A stretch of 64,000 bases of DNA from the IMG/VR virus record IMGVR_UViG_3300046536_000256, positions 1 through 64,000 of that record, one strand, 5' to 3'. A program made the translations under genes and the position numbers. Under the pieces are notes generated by a model. It was not told where the DNA came from. It did not search any database and saw only the letters and a program-made list of their open reading frames with translations. Position 1 is the first letter of the stretch, and each line of letters opens with the position of its first letter. Below, one piece after another: positions 1 to 8,012 of the stretch.

Positions 1-966
1 ATACCGACTGATCACCAGATCCCGTTGGATGTACGCGTAAGCTGCAATGCCGAACACAGCAACGATCATGATGTTGACTGCCCAGATCAACAGACGCAAA
101 CGAAGACGTTGACCGCGGAGTCGTTTGATTTCGGCCTTCTGTTCCATCAGCTCGCGTGCAGCAGCACCTTTGTCTTCTTGCACCGGATCTTCAGCAGGCC
201 GCTTAGTAGCCATTTCCAATACGTGATTGAGTTCGTCGTTGCTTTTCGCGCCAAACGTTTCCTCGTGTGTAATCCCCCATTCCTTCAGCAACTCGTAAGG
301 GAAGAAGATACATGTCCACACGTTACTCTTGTTAACCCAGAGCGCATCCTGCCAGTACCAAGCATCGTTTTGCTTGTAAGTATGAGGAGTAGGTAGAATT
401 CTCCCGGTCCACTTTCCGAGGACGGAAATCTGTTCCTCCGTGATAATCCGGGCGAGACGCTCTTTATCAGTTTCGATATGAACTACCTCAGCGTTTGGAA
501 GTGAAGGGGTGTTTGAGCCGATAACGTTTTGGTGTTCCCACTTCCCATCAAGCATTATCACGATGTGGCCTTTCCAGAACCAAGTATCCAGGTGGTTATA
601 CCCTTCAACGTCTGGGAACTCTTGGTCGTGCGGCCAGGTGCCCAAGAGATTAAGCGCGTTTGTTACTGTGGTGGGTTCGTCTACCAGCAGCCCCTCAGTG
701 TCGATCTCAGCCGGTTTGTCCTCAGACCAAGCCATCTCAGTGGTGAAGATCCATTGCTTCCCTAGCCAGGTTATGACGTCCCCTGGAACAGGAACAGGAA
801 CCTTTGTCAGTTCAAGTCCGTCATCCAAGCGACCGCGGAAGTTACGTTGTTGCACACCAGAAGCCAATTCAGCAAAGAACAGCTTCTTTACTTCGCTCCA
901 ATCAGGGTATTGCGGAGTGGAGGTCTTAGCGTTCAAATCAGTATCGTCTTGACTGCTAATGATCAT
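1..966 (-). CDS. Trp-rich repeat protein with C-terminal transmembrane helix (runs off the window edge)
   Basis: Translated by hand; absent from the ORF track because no stop lies in the window. ATG at 966, open to base 1 (MIISSQDDTDLNAK...LIWAVNIMIVAVFGIAAYAYIQRD). Three W-x-W...W segments, then a hydrophobic helix. Confidence 0.75.
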   Translation of the reverse strand, partial: MIISSQDDTDLNAKTSTPQYPDWSEVKKLFFAELASGVQQRNFRGRLDDGLELTKVPVPVPGDVITWLGKQWIFTTEMAWSEDKPAEIDTEGLLVDEPTTVTNALNLLGTWPHDQEFPDVEGYNHLDTWFWKGHIVIMLDGKWEHQNVIGSNTPSLPNAEVVHIETDKERLARIITEEQISVLGKWTGRILPTPHTYKQNDAWYWQDALWVNKSNVWTCIFFPYELLKEWGITHEETFGAKSNDELNHVLEMATKRPAEDPVQEDKGAAARELMEQKAEIKRLRGQRLRLRLLIWAVNIMIVAVFGIAAYAYIQRDLVISRY

Positions 967-1054
967 AAGAAAATCCTTATTTCAGGCAAAAAGTAAAGTA
1001 GTCCCACCTACTCCATCAGGGGTCACCTAATGGAGTAAATGGAGGCTAGGGTTA

Positions 1055-1633
1055 TCAAGCATCGATGATCCGTGTCAAATGAAACGGAAACATTACAACG
1101 GTGTCTTCGGAAAAGTTGTTGTAAGTCAACAGTCCGAATTCATGATGAGGGCTGAAGGTCTTAAGGCTGACCTGGAGGCTCTCGTTGTCAAGGGTGAGCA
1201 TGACCGAGTCGCGTTTGAACGCCTTGAGGACTACGGAGAAGGTCCGCAGGTAATCCCGGGTGAGGAATTCAACTATGTTCTGCATGGTTTCTACGCCCAC
1301 TGCACAACCGTACATCGATGGCTCATGCGCGCGTTTAGCGAAATCGTTGAACGTGCAAACAGCCGCCGAGCCGGTGTGGGAGATATCGGGTGTATTGAGT
1401 AGGCGGTTGTGCGGGAAGTTCGTGGTGCGGGTAATCTCTTTCAGCTCATCAAGAGCGAAAACAAATTCACGCAGTACATCAGTGTCGAGCAGGGTTTGGT
1501 TGAACTCTCTTACGAAGCCTATGTTGAGGGTCTTGTCGAGCTCCTCACGAGTGATAGGGGTTTCGTCTGGTTCAAGGTCGAGAGTGTTCATTCCATTGCC
1601 TGCCTCCGGTACTACTGCAAATGCAAGATTCAT
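1055..1633 (-). CDS. hypothetical protein
   Basis: 192-aa ORF with AAGGA SD, downstream of the promoter motif at 1736-1750. Confidence 0.75.
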   Translation of the reverse strand: MNLAFAVVPEAGNGMNTLDLEPDETPITREELDKTLNIGFVREFNQTLLDTDVLREFVFALDELKEITRTTNFPHNRLLNTPDISHTGSAAVCTFNDFAKRAHEPSMYGCAVGVETMQNIVEFLTRDYLRTFSVVLKAFKRDSVMLTLDNESLQVSLKTFSPHHEFGLLTYNNFSEDTVVMFPFHLTRIIDA

Positions 1634-1735
1634 ATTGGTGTCCTTAAAAAAGAGCGGTAATGTTGCTATAAATAACTAATGCGGTTTTATTAAAAAACTT
1701 ATTACAAGGTTAGAACGCTCTGTTCATTCAACTTA

Positions 1736-1750
1736 GTAATATAGGTTTGA
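1736..1750 (-). promoter_or_regulatory. putative early (virion RNAP) promoter TCAAACCTATATTAC
   Basis: Identical copies at 12117, 23066 and 36990; TATTAC core matches the phiKZ early-promoter consensus. Confidence 0.75.
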
Positions 1751-1766
1751 GTTTACCTAAGAGTTA

Positions 1767-1952
1767 CTAATGCAACACGATATTGTAGCGCCAGCCAATG
1801 ATTGCCCCAATAACCAGCGCGGTTACACACAAAGTGATGATTGCACGGAAGGTGCGACGTCTTCTACGTTCTTGCTTCTTGATGATGTCGGAATACATCT
1901 CTTCCATGAACGTAGATTCTTCTGGTGGTAGGTCACTTCCTGGTGTTGTCAT
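1767..1952 (-). CDS. small membrane protein
   Basis: 61 aa; basic RRRRR stretch followed by one hydrophobic helix; AGGAG SD. Confidence 0.7.
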   Translation of the reverse strand: MTTPGSDLPPEESTFMEEMYSDIIKKQERRRRRTFRAIITLCVTALVIGAIIGWRYNIVLH

Positions 1953-2022
1953 GAGAATCTCTCCTGTTCCGGTTTGTCGGTAATAAATGCGTCTTCTTGT
2001 TAAATTGCAGATATGCGGCTAT

Positions 2023-2054
2023 AAAGGAAGAGCACCCGAAGGCACTCTTCCTTT
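2023..2054. terminator. stem-loop, putative terminator
   Basis: AAAGGAAGAG...CTCTTCCTTT 10-bp inverted repeat just after the stop at 2066. Confidence 0.6.
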
Positions 2055-2065
2055 AGGCGGGAACA

Positions 2066-2656
2066 TTACGAACCTTCTGGGTAGGTCAGCTGACCGTAAT
2101 CGGTATCAGGGATGGTGATGATCGCCTGAACACCCAGAGCAAATGGGATCTGACCGTAAATGGTCGGGCCGTCAACTGTTAGCTTGGCAGCGTCGGAAAC
2201 GATGTCACTACCCTGGATTACCACATGAACCGCGGTGGTAAATGCTACCTTGGCGGCAGCTTGCTGAGCGCCTACAGCGGTGCCGTACGGCAACAGAACA
2301 ATGATCTTGTCGGTGACCCCATCGACATCCTTGTAGGCATAAACCCCGGGAGTGCTTTGGGCTTTGACTGTGGCAAGGTCCGCCTGTACAACCGGATCAA
2401 CTAGGTCGTAGCCATCGGCGTTGTGCAGGTCGGCCGCATGGTAAGTTTGGTTGACCGCAATGAAGTTCCGAGTAGCGGATTTAACGGTTAGGGAACGGAC
2501 GTTGGTTCCGCTACCCGCGAGTAACTCAAACGATAGGTCACTTTCCGTCAGACCCGTAAACAGCGCCTTCATCGGAACGTCGTCCTTATAACGATCCAGA
2601 TTGAATTCGATGAAACGGTCAACGAAAAGACCCATACGGGTAGCTTTAGTGGCCAT
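2066..2656 (-). CDS. hypothetical protein, paralog of 2800-3372 (possibly virion-associated)
   Basis: Start reassigned to MATKATRMG (GGAG SD). Shares YKD..M.A.F.GLT..DL and PGVYAY motifs with its neighbour. Confidence 0.7.
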   Translation of the reverse strand: MATKATRMGLFVDRFIEFNLDRYKDDVPMKALFTGLTESDLSFELLAGSGTNVRSLTVKSATRNFIAVNQTYHAADLHNADGYDLVDPVVQADLATVKAQSTPGVYAYKDVDGVTDKIIVLLPYGTAVGAQQAAAKVAFTTAVHVVIQGSDIVSDAAKLTVDGPTIYGQIPFALGVQAIITIPDTDYGQLTYPEGS

Positions 2657-2742
2657 TGATGAAACTCCGGGAGGAAAGAGAATAGGGTACAGAGTAAAAA
2701 CCCTGTTACATAGTATCCAGCCGGAATTACGGTCAAGCATAA

Positions 2743-2783
2743 ATAACCCCTACCCCGGCCAATGACGGCGGGGTAGGGGTTAT
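2743..2783. terminator. stem-loop, putative terminator
   Basis: 14-bp inverted repeat ATAACCCCTACCCC / GGGGTAGGGGTTAT between the two paralogs. Confidence 0.65.
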
Positions 2784-2799
2784 CTGAGGCGCAATGGAC

Positions 2800-3372
2800 T
2801 TAGAGGTCCAGTACTTCTTCATCGTCCAGTGTCGCGACTGGAACGGCGGCGAGCACGTATTCAACGTCACCAACGATGGTGTCGCCGTTTACGGAGATCA
2901 CGCCGTCGCCCAGAGCGATCTGGTCAGCAGGGATGTCGTAACGCAGAGCAGCGTACAGAGCAACCGACGCGTCGGCAGCTTGGATTTCGGCGGCAGTGCC
3001 GGCGGCAATCACAACGATGTGTTTCATGCTGCCGTCTTCGGCCAGGTACGCGTACACGCCAGGGGCGGTCAGGGCTTCAACAGCCGCTTTGCTTTCCAGT
3101 GGCTCAGCAACGGTCAGGTCCAGGACCTTTTCGCTGTGAACGCTGGCTGGGCGCCATTTCTGGTCAGGACCGGAAGTGAAGCCACGGCTGGACGATTGAA
3201 CGTGGGCGCTGTGGATGCCGTTGGCTTTGGTGACAGCACCGATTTCCAGGTCTTCCAGGGTCAGACCGTCGAACTTCGCCAACATCTCCGGCTTGTCCTT
3301 GTAGATCGCTTGGTTCTTGGCCACGAATGGACCCAGCAGCAACAGCAGAGGCAACAGTTTTACAGTAGACAT
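2800..3372 (-). CDS. hypothetical protein, paralog of 2066-2656
   Basis: Start reassigned to MSTVK (GAGGTG SD); full-length similarity to the downstream gene. Confidence 0.7.
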   Translation of the reverse strand: MSTVKLLPLLLLLGPFVAKNQAIYKDKPEMLAKFDGLTLEDLEIGAVTKANGIHSAHVQSSSRGFTSGPDQKWRPASVHSEKVLDLTVAEPLESKAAVEALTAPGVYAYLAEDGSMKHIVVIAAGTAAEIQAADASVALYAALRYDIPADQIALGDGVISVNGDTIVGDVEYVLAAVPVATLDDEEVLDL

Positions 3373-3449
3373 AATTGGTAACACCTCAAGAGTAATTGAA
3401 TCGGAATGATTCCTGGGCTAGTCCCTAAGCATATAATCCAAGACAAGTG

Positions 3450-3668
3450 CTATAATAAAAGACCTTTTGCTCCTAAGCCGATAAGCATTAGCCAGAACAG
3501 GACTCCACCCGTCTTGTACGGAGGAAACCTGTTCACCAATACCAGCCCTGTATACCCTAGCAGTGTAAGAATGAAAATGTAGTTTTGGGTAGCCATCCCC
3601 AACATGAATACAACAAACATGAAGAAGACGCTTCGCGGGTCAAGCAACCGCTGTAGTTCTGGTGTCAT
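3450..3668 (-). CDS. small membrane protein (2-3 TM)
   Basis: 72 aa, almost entirely hydrophobic helices. Confidence 0.65.
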   Translation of the reverse strand: MTPELQRLLDPRSVFFMFVVFMLGMATQNYIFILTLLGYTGLVLVNRFPPYKTGGVLFWLMLIGLGAKGLLL

Positions 3669-3730
3669 GCTTGGTCCCTGAAAGACAAAAAAGAAAAGGA
3701 AGGGTCAACAACCCCCTTCCTAACCTAGAG

Positions 3731-5434
3731 TTAACGCTTCATCGGTACAGCGGACAACTTGTCGCCCAGCAGGATGCTGCTTGCGTTGGCCAAGATCTTG
3801 GCAGTTTGCAAGCCGCCCTTCAGTGCGGTGATGGTAGCGTAGGCGGTGTCGTAAACCCCCAGCTCCTCACTGGTACCCGTCTCCCCGGTTGCCAGGTTGG
3901 TGCATGGAGGAACCACGTCACCCTCTATAGAGTTCCAGCGGAGTTCTTTGAACGGGGATACCTCGTCAGATGTCTGCCGCATCAGGTGGTTGTGCGAGGC
4001 GTAGCACACCTCGGCAAGCGCGGAGATGATCATGACCTTGATGGCGATTTCACGCTCATGCGGGGTGTCGGTGCCATCCTTGAATGGATCCGGCAGTTCC
4101 CTGTACAAACGAGTCAGAACACGCTTGCCCGCCGTTACCAGCGACGACCCCACGCCTGGCAACACACCGTTCACCAGAGCGCTCTTGACTGCCTTCACAA
4201 CGTCCTCGAACCGGTCAATGCGTTCTTTTACGTCCGAGTAGGTTTCGCCACCCACAAAGATCGTGATGAGCTCACCGCGCAGGTTACGGATACGCGTCTC
4301 GTTGAACTTGGCCCGCACACTGAAACGGTCACCCATTTCATACGAACTCAGTTCTTGTGCCACCGCATCAGCCCGAGCATTCAGCAACGCACGGGTTTCG
4401 TCGGGGATGTTGCTCAGGATCGAGCGAGTCCCATTGACAGTCAGGGTGCTCTGAACGATTGGAGCTCCGTGACTATTCAGCACGTCTTCCAAGTTGGTGT
4501 AGATCGGCGCGCCAAACATGGTCGCGATATCTTGCATCAACAGAGTGCCGACTGAACCACCGGCGTTGGTGTTGATAGCAACAAAGAACGCCGCGGGAAC
4601 ACCTTCCGGTTTACCAGTAACCCGTTCTTTAGCGCGCTGCGCTGCGGTAGCCGCGTTGAGGCGAGCCATGATCTGGCAAGTATCGTGTTCAACCGAACGA
4701 CCGATGACCAACACGGTACGACCACCTAGGCACATCGACAAGTTGATCAGCGTTTCCGAAAGGTCAGCCCCACGCCCCACATTACCGTCAATGATCAACG
4801 GGGTGAAGTCGGTGAAGTCGGTATCCCCACCATTGCCGTTCTTGGCAAAGCCTGGGTTACTGAACCCCATCTGAATCGGCAGGCCATTGGTGTGGACCAC
4901 TTTGTCTTCAGCCGTCTGCCCTTCCTTGAGTTCGATCTCAGGGTAGCGATCACCCGACGCCTTATAGATGTCGGTGATGATCTTGCTGAGTTCTTCGTCG
5001 TTGTTGGAGGAAGTCAGCGCCAGCTTGAACAGGCGTGGGTCGTCAACCGTAACGTTAACAGTCATGGCTTTCAGTTCTTCGATCACTGCGTTCATGCAGC
5101 TCTCAATGTACTTCTGTTCACGGAAGGTTGGGTGAGCGATAAAGACGTTGTACAACAACGACGTCAGCATCACGGTGGTGGTAGTGCCGTCGCCGCATTC
5201 GTGGTCGGTTTTGATCGCCGCTTCAGTAATCACGCGGTTGATCAGTTCGTGGCGTGGATCATCGAAGCGAATCGATTTAGCGACCGTCACGCCGTCCTTG
5301 GTGACCTTTACCGCGGTGCCGTTGGCAATGAACGCCAGCTTGCCGTTAGGACCCATGGTCGCGACTACAGCGCGTTTCACTTGGTCCACTACTTCTTTAA
5401 CGAATTCTTGGGTGTTAGCGATTGTTAGCATCAT
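3731..5434 (-). CDS. groEL: GroEL-like phage chaperonin
   Basis: TMGPNG, VTKDGVTVAKSI, GDGTTT ATP-binding motif, FED catalytic Asp region, GVLPGVG; 567 aa; no C-terminal GGM repeats. Confidence 0.95.
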   Translation of the reverse strand: MMLTIANTQEFVKEVVDQVKRAVVATMGPNGKLAFIANGTAVKVTKDGVTVAKSIRFDDPRHELINRVITEAAIKTDHECGDGTTTTVMLTSLLYNVFIAHPTFREQKYIESCMNAVIEELKAMTVNVTVDDPRLFKLALTSSNNDEELSKIITDIYKASGDRYPEIELKEGQTAEDKVVHTNGLPIQMGFSNPGFAKNGNGGDTDFTDFTPLIIDGNVGRGADLSETLINLSMCLGGRTVLVIGRSVEHDTCQIMARLNAATAAQRAKERVTGKPEGVPAAFFVAINTNAGGSVGTLLMQDIATMFGAPIYTNLEDVLNSHGAPIVQSTLTVNGTRSILSNIPDETRALLNARADAVAQELSSYEMGDRFSVRAKFNETRIRNLRGELITIFVGGETYSDVKERIDRFEDVVKAVKSALVNGVLPGVGSSLVTAGKRVLTRLYRELPDPFKDGTDTPHEREIAIKVMIISALAEVCYASHNHLMRQTSDEVSPFKELRWNSIEGDVVPPCTNLATGETGTSEELGVYDTAYATITALKGGLQTAKILANASSILLGDKLSAVPMKR

Positions 5435-5490
5435 TACAGATTACTCCAGAATACAAGGTTACAAAGTTAAAAGGTTAGGCTTACGTGTAA

Positions 5491-5505
5491 GTAATATAGG
5501 TCTGA
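5491..5505 (-). promoter_or_regulatory. putative early promoter TCAGACCTATATTAC
   Basis: One-mismatch copy of the repeated motif, ~55 nt upstream of the chaperonin start. Confidence 0.75.
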
Positions 5506-5520
5506 AAATATACAAATAAA

Positions 5521-5549
5521 TAAAGCTCTCCGGGTTAGGGAGAGCTTTA
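5521..5549. terminator. stem-loop, putative terminator
   Basis: TAAAGCTCTC / GAGAGCTTTA inverted repeat directly after the stop at 5555; A-rich flank gives a U-tract on minus. Confidence 0.65.
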
Positions 5550-5554
5550 CTCAG

Positions 5555-5860
5555 TTACTTACGGACTACGGGTTCCAACTGCACCAGACAGAACTTACCA
5601 TTGCGGTCCCAGAACTCAAACGTCGAGCTCGAGATAAAGCGATGGTGCACGTCGAGGTCGATGGTCACTTCGAGTTCAACACTGGTGTTCTTCAAGGCGA
5701 CTACCGCACCGATCATGTCGTTGGCGTAGTCTGGAATATCGCCCTCGAATTCCATGTAGACCTGGAGATCCCCGTCTTGAATCTGGTCGAACACCCGGTT
5801 CAATTGATCCAGGGTCAGGTTGTTAACGCACTTAACCTGATCCAATGGTGGGTTAGCCAT
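5555..5860 (-). CDS. hypothetical protein, paralog of 5860-6156
   Basis: 101 aa; aligns by eye with the upstream neighbour over its whole length. Confidence 0.7.
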   Translation of the reverse strand: MANPPLDQVKCVNNLTLDQLNRVFDQIQDGDLQVYMEFEGDIPDYANDMIGAVVALKNTSVELEVTIDLDVHHRFISSSTFEFWDRNGKFCLVQLEPVVRK

Positions 5861-6156
5861 CAGTGTCCTTCCTTACGTACCAGGTAGAACACGTTGGCCG
5901 GAGTTTGTACGAAGCGGAACTCGCCTTCGATCTTGCTCCTGCCATTCCAGTCTTTCAGCTCAAGGTAGACGTCCAGCTTTTTACCCAGGTTGTAAATCCC
6001 CTGAACCCGACCCAGCAGGTGATCGGTACTGACAGCTGCTACGGTTGGGTCAATACCGTAAACAACGTGGACACCCTCGTTCTTTTGCTGGTCCATCAAA
6101 CGCTTGAAACTATCAGCACTAAGTTTCTGAGCGAACTTCACGTTAGGCTGTGCCAT
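5860..6156 (-). CDS. hypothetical protein, paralog of 5555-5860
   Basis: 98 aa; stop/start overlaps on both sides. Confidence 0.7.
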   Translation of the reverse strand: MAQPNVKFAQKLSADSFKRLMDQQKNEGVHVVYGIDPTVAAVSTDHLLGRVQGIYNLGKKLDVYLELKDWNGRSKIEGEFRFVQTPANVFYLVRKEGH

Positions 6157-6701
6157 TACTCGGATTCCTTTTCAATGAGGTTTTGTTTCTGGATGTGGGT
6201 GAGGAGTTTCTCCAGAATGACATTGCCTTCTGGATATGAGAGTGGATCAAGGGGATCAACCGTTGCACCACTCTCAGTAAGGATAAAGGTGGGAACAACG
6301 CTAACGATTGGATACCGCCAACCGCGTAGTTCCTTGATCTCAGGAGTGGCCAAGAACGTCCAGGTGATCCCCATGCCGTTAAGGTTACAACGTGGATCAA
6401 ACAAACCAGCGTCTACCAATGCCTTCCACCGGGTATCAATCTCGAGCGGTGTTCTGGCGGTTACCCGTTCTACCATCTGGACGATGTCTTCGTCTTTGAT
6501 GTAAGTGTTATCCAGATGGGTGGTGGTAACGTTCCTGTGTGCCTGCCGAAGCTCTTCTGCTTCCCGGCGATGGCGGTTACCCGAGAACGTCATTTCCAAA
6601 CAACCGAAGGGTGCGTCACGAACTTCTTTAGTCCGAGTGTCACCACCCGAGCGTGTGACGCGTTCGCACAGCCACGCCCAACCTTTTCGCAACTGCTTCA
6701 T
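6156..6701 (-). CDS. hypothetical protein
   Basis: 181 aa, AAGGAG SD, coupled to the next gene. Confidence 0.7.
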   Translation of the reverse strand: MKQLRKGWAWLCERVTRSGGDTRTKEVRDAPFGCLEMTFSGNRHRREAEELRQAHRNVTTTHLDNTYIKDEDIVQMVERVTARTPLEIDTRWKALVDAGLFDPRCNLNGMGITWTFLATPEIKELRGWRYPIVSVVPTFILTESGATVDPLDPLSYPEGNVILEKLLTHIQKQNLIEKESE

Positions 6702-6721
6702 TGCAGTGCTCCTTATTTACC

Positions 6722-7240
6722 TTAGGTGTGTTTAACTGCTTTCGGTAGCTTTACTACCTGCGTCTTGCCGCCGGTATGAGGGTCCATATCCTTGGCAAGC
6801 TTAAGCGCCTTCTTGACACTTTTCCCCATCCGCAAAGCAGTGTCCACGTAAATCCCTCCCGACCCAATGGCCGTTGGAGGAAGACACTGCGTTAGAATGA
6901 AACTGTCCGGGATGTTGGGACCTTGCTTATAAGCCCCTTGCAGTAACCACCCATTATGAAACTCGTCGATCACGATGGCTGTAAAGTTCAGCTTGGACGG
7001 GATCTTCAAGTCGGTTCGATGGGTAATACCTTCCTTACACGCCAGCGCCTCTGTAAGGAAGGGTTCCACTCCAGGCATGCCGGCGCGACCAAAGGCAATA
7101 ACTTTCCGCCCCATGATCTTCCATTCTTCGCCCTCAGCCGGAGTCAGAATCTTCCGCACTTTTGCGTTGACCTTGGTCCCGTTGCGCGTGCGCATCGAAT
7201 CGGAAACCAGTTTGCCTTTAACCCAAACTACAGTAGTCAT
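6722..7240 (-). CDS. HslV/proteasome-beta-like Ntn-hydrolase peptidase
   Basis: N-terminal M-T-T nucleophile, D-S near residue 14, RKI lysine, AIGSGGIY (cf. HslV AIGSGGPY), terminal DPHTGG. Confidence 0.75.
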   Translation of the reverse strand: MTTVVWVKGKLVSDSMRTRNGTKVNAKVRKILTPAEGEEWKIMGRKVIAFGRAGMPGVEPFLTEALACKEGITHRTDLKIPSKLNFTAIVIDEFHNGWLLQGAYKQGPNIPDSFILTQCLPPTAIGSGGIYVDTALRMGKSVKKALKLAKDMDPHTGGKTQVVKLPKAVKHT

Positions 7241-7845
7241 ACTGTCTTCCTTGCTCGTTCTGTTATTACGATCTTCTGAATGGTCTGGGAGTACAGCTTT
7301 GGCCAGCTATCCGGAATATCGTCGCGATTAAAAATGGTCAGGGGAAAATGACTGGCGCGAGGATCGTCGAAGCTCTCGAACTGGGCGTCCGGAATCTCTT
7401 CCTCGTCATCAGGTTCATCGTCGGGACCATGCGCGTCGAACCAGTCATCCTGAGCGTCTTGGTCATGCGACTTCTCTTGCTCATCCACCTCCAAACGACG
7501 GAGATGTTTAGGCAGAGTTTGACACTCTTTGCACACGATCTTGGTCCACTTCTCCCGGGGGTATTCATCCACGAAATAAGGGGTGTGGGAGATCGCGTCG
7601 CAACGGGGTACTTCTTTCCCGCAGTCAGAACAGTCGACTGGTTCAGTTCGACGCTCTTCCAAGTACTTCACGTAGCACGGGTTACAGAGCAGATACATCT
7701 CCGAACCCATGCTGTCGTTCTCAGAAGTATGACCGTAAGCTTGATCACCTTCTTTCAGGTGTTCGCAATTACCGCCCTCGCAAACACCACCGCTCTCACC
7801 GAACCCCACAGATTTGGAGGTGCGCCCGTGAGTCATCCAGTTCAT
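7237..7845 (-). CDS. Cys-rich zinc-finger protein with acidic tail
   Basis: CEGGNCEH, CNPC, CSDC, CKEC, followed by a D/E-rich stretch. Confidence 0.65.
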   Translation of the reverse strand: MNWMTHGRTSKSVGFGESGGVCEGGNCEHLKEGDQAYGHTSENDSMGSEMYLLCNPCYVKYLEERRTEPVDCSDCGKEVPRCDAISHTPYFVDEYPREKWTKIVCKECQTLPKHLRRLEVDEQEKSHDQDAQDDWFDAHGPDDEPDDEEEIPDAQFESFDDPRASHFPLTIFNRDDIPDSWPKLYSQTIQKIVITERARKTV

Positions 7846-7991
7846 ACCTTCTCCTTATCTTTGGAATGCGCCCTTTCGAATTCAGCGATCCCTTGGCGGT
7901 AATCCGCCTCCACGGTGAGGACCTCGAACCCTTTAGACAGTTTGTTAGCTACACGCTTTGCCCGAGCTTTCTTGTCTTTGACTTTCATCAT
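7842..7991 (-). CDS. small basic protein (49 aa)
   Basis: Hand-found: MMKVKDKKARAKRVANKLSKG...; GAGG SD; ATGA overlap with the next gene. Confidence 0.6.
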   Translation of the reverse strand: MMKVKDKKARAKRVANKLSKGFEVLTVEADYRQGIAEFERAHSKDKEKV

Positions 7992-8012
7992 CGCAGTCCT
8001 CATCGAGTGACG

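Noticed and set aside
3662-4555. Long plus-strand ORFs antisense to real genes (also 25454-26866, 23300-24373, 47218-48384, 57033-58037 and many others in the track)
   Set aside because: They mirror minus-strand genes with clear motifs, lack SD sites and have implausible composition. They are explained by codon bias suppressing antisense stops.
5555-6156. GroES assignment for the two ~100-aa ORFs next to the chaperonin
   Set aside because: No PLxDRV, mobile-loop GGI or GDxV motifs; size and position alone are insufficient.
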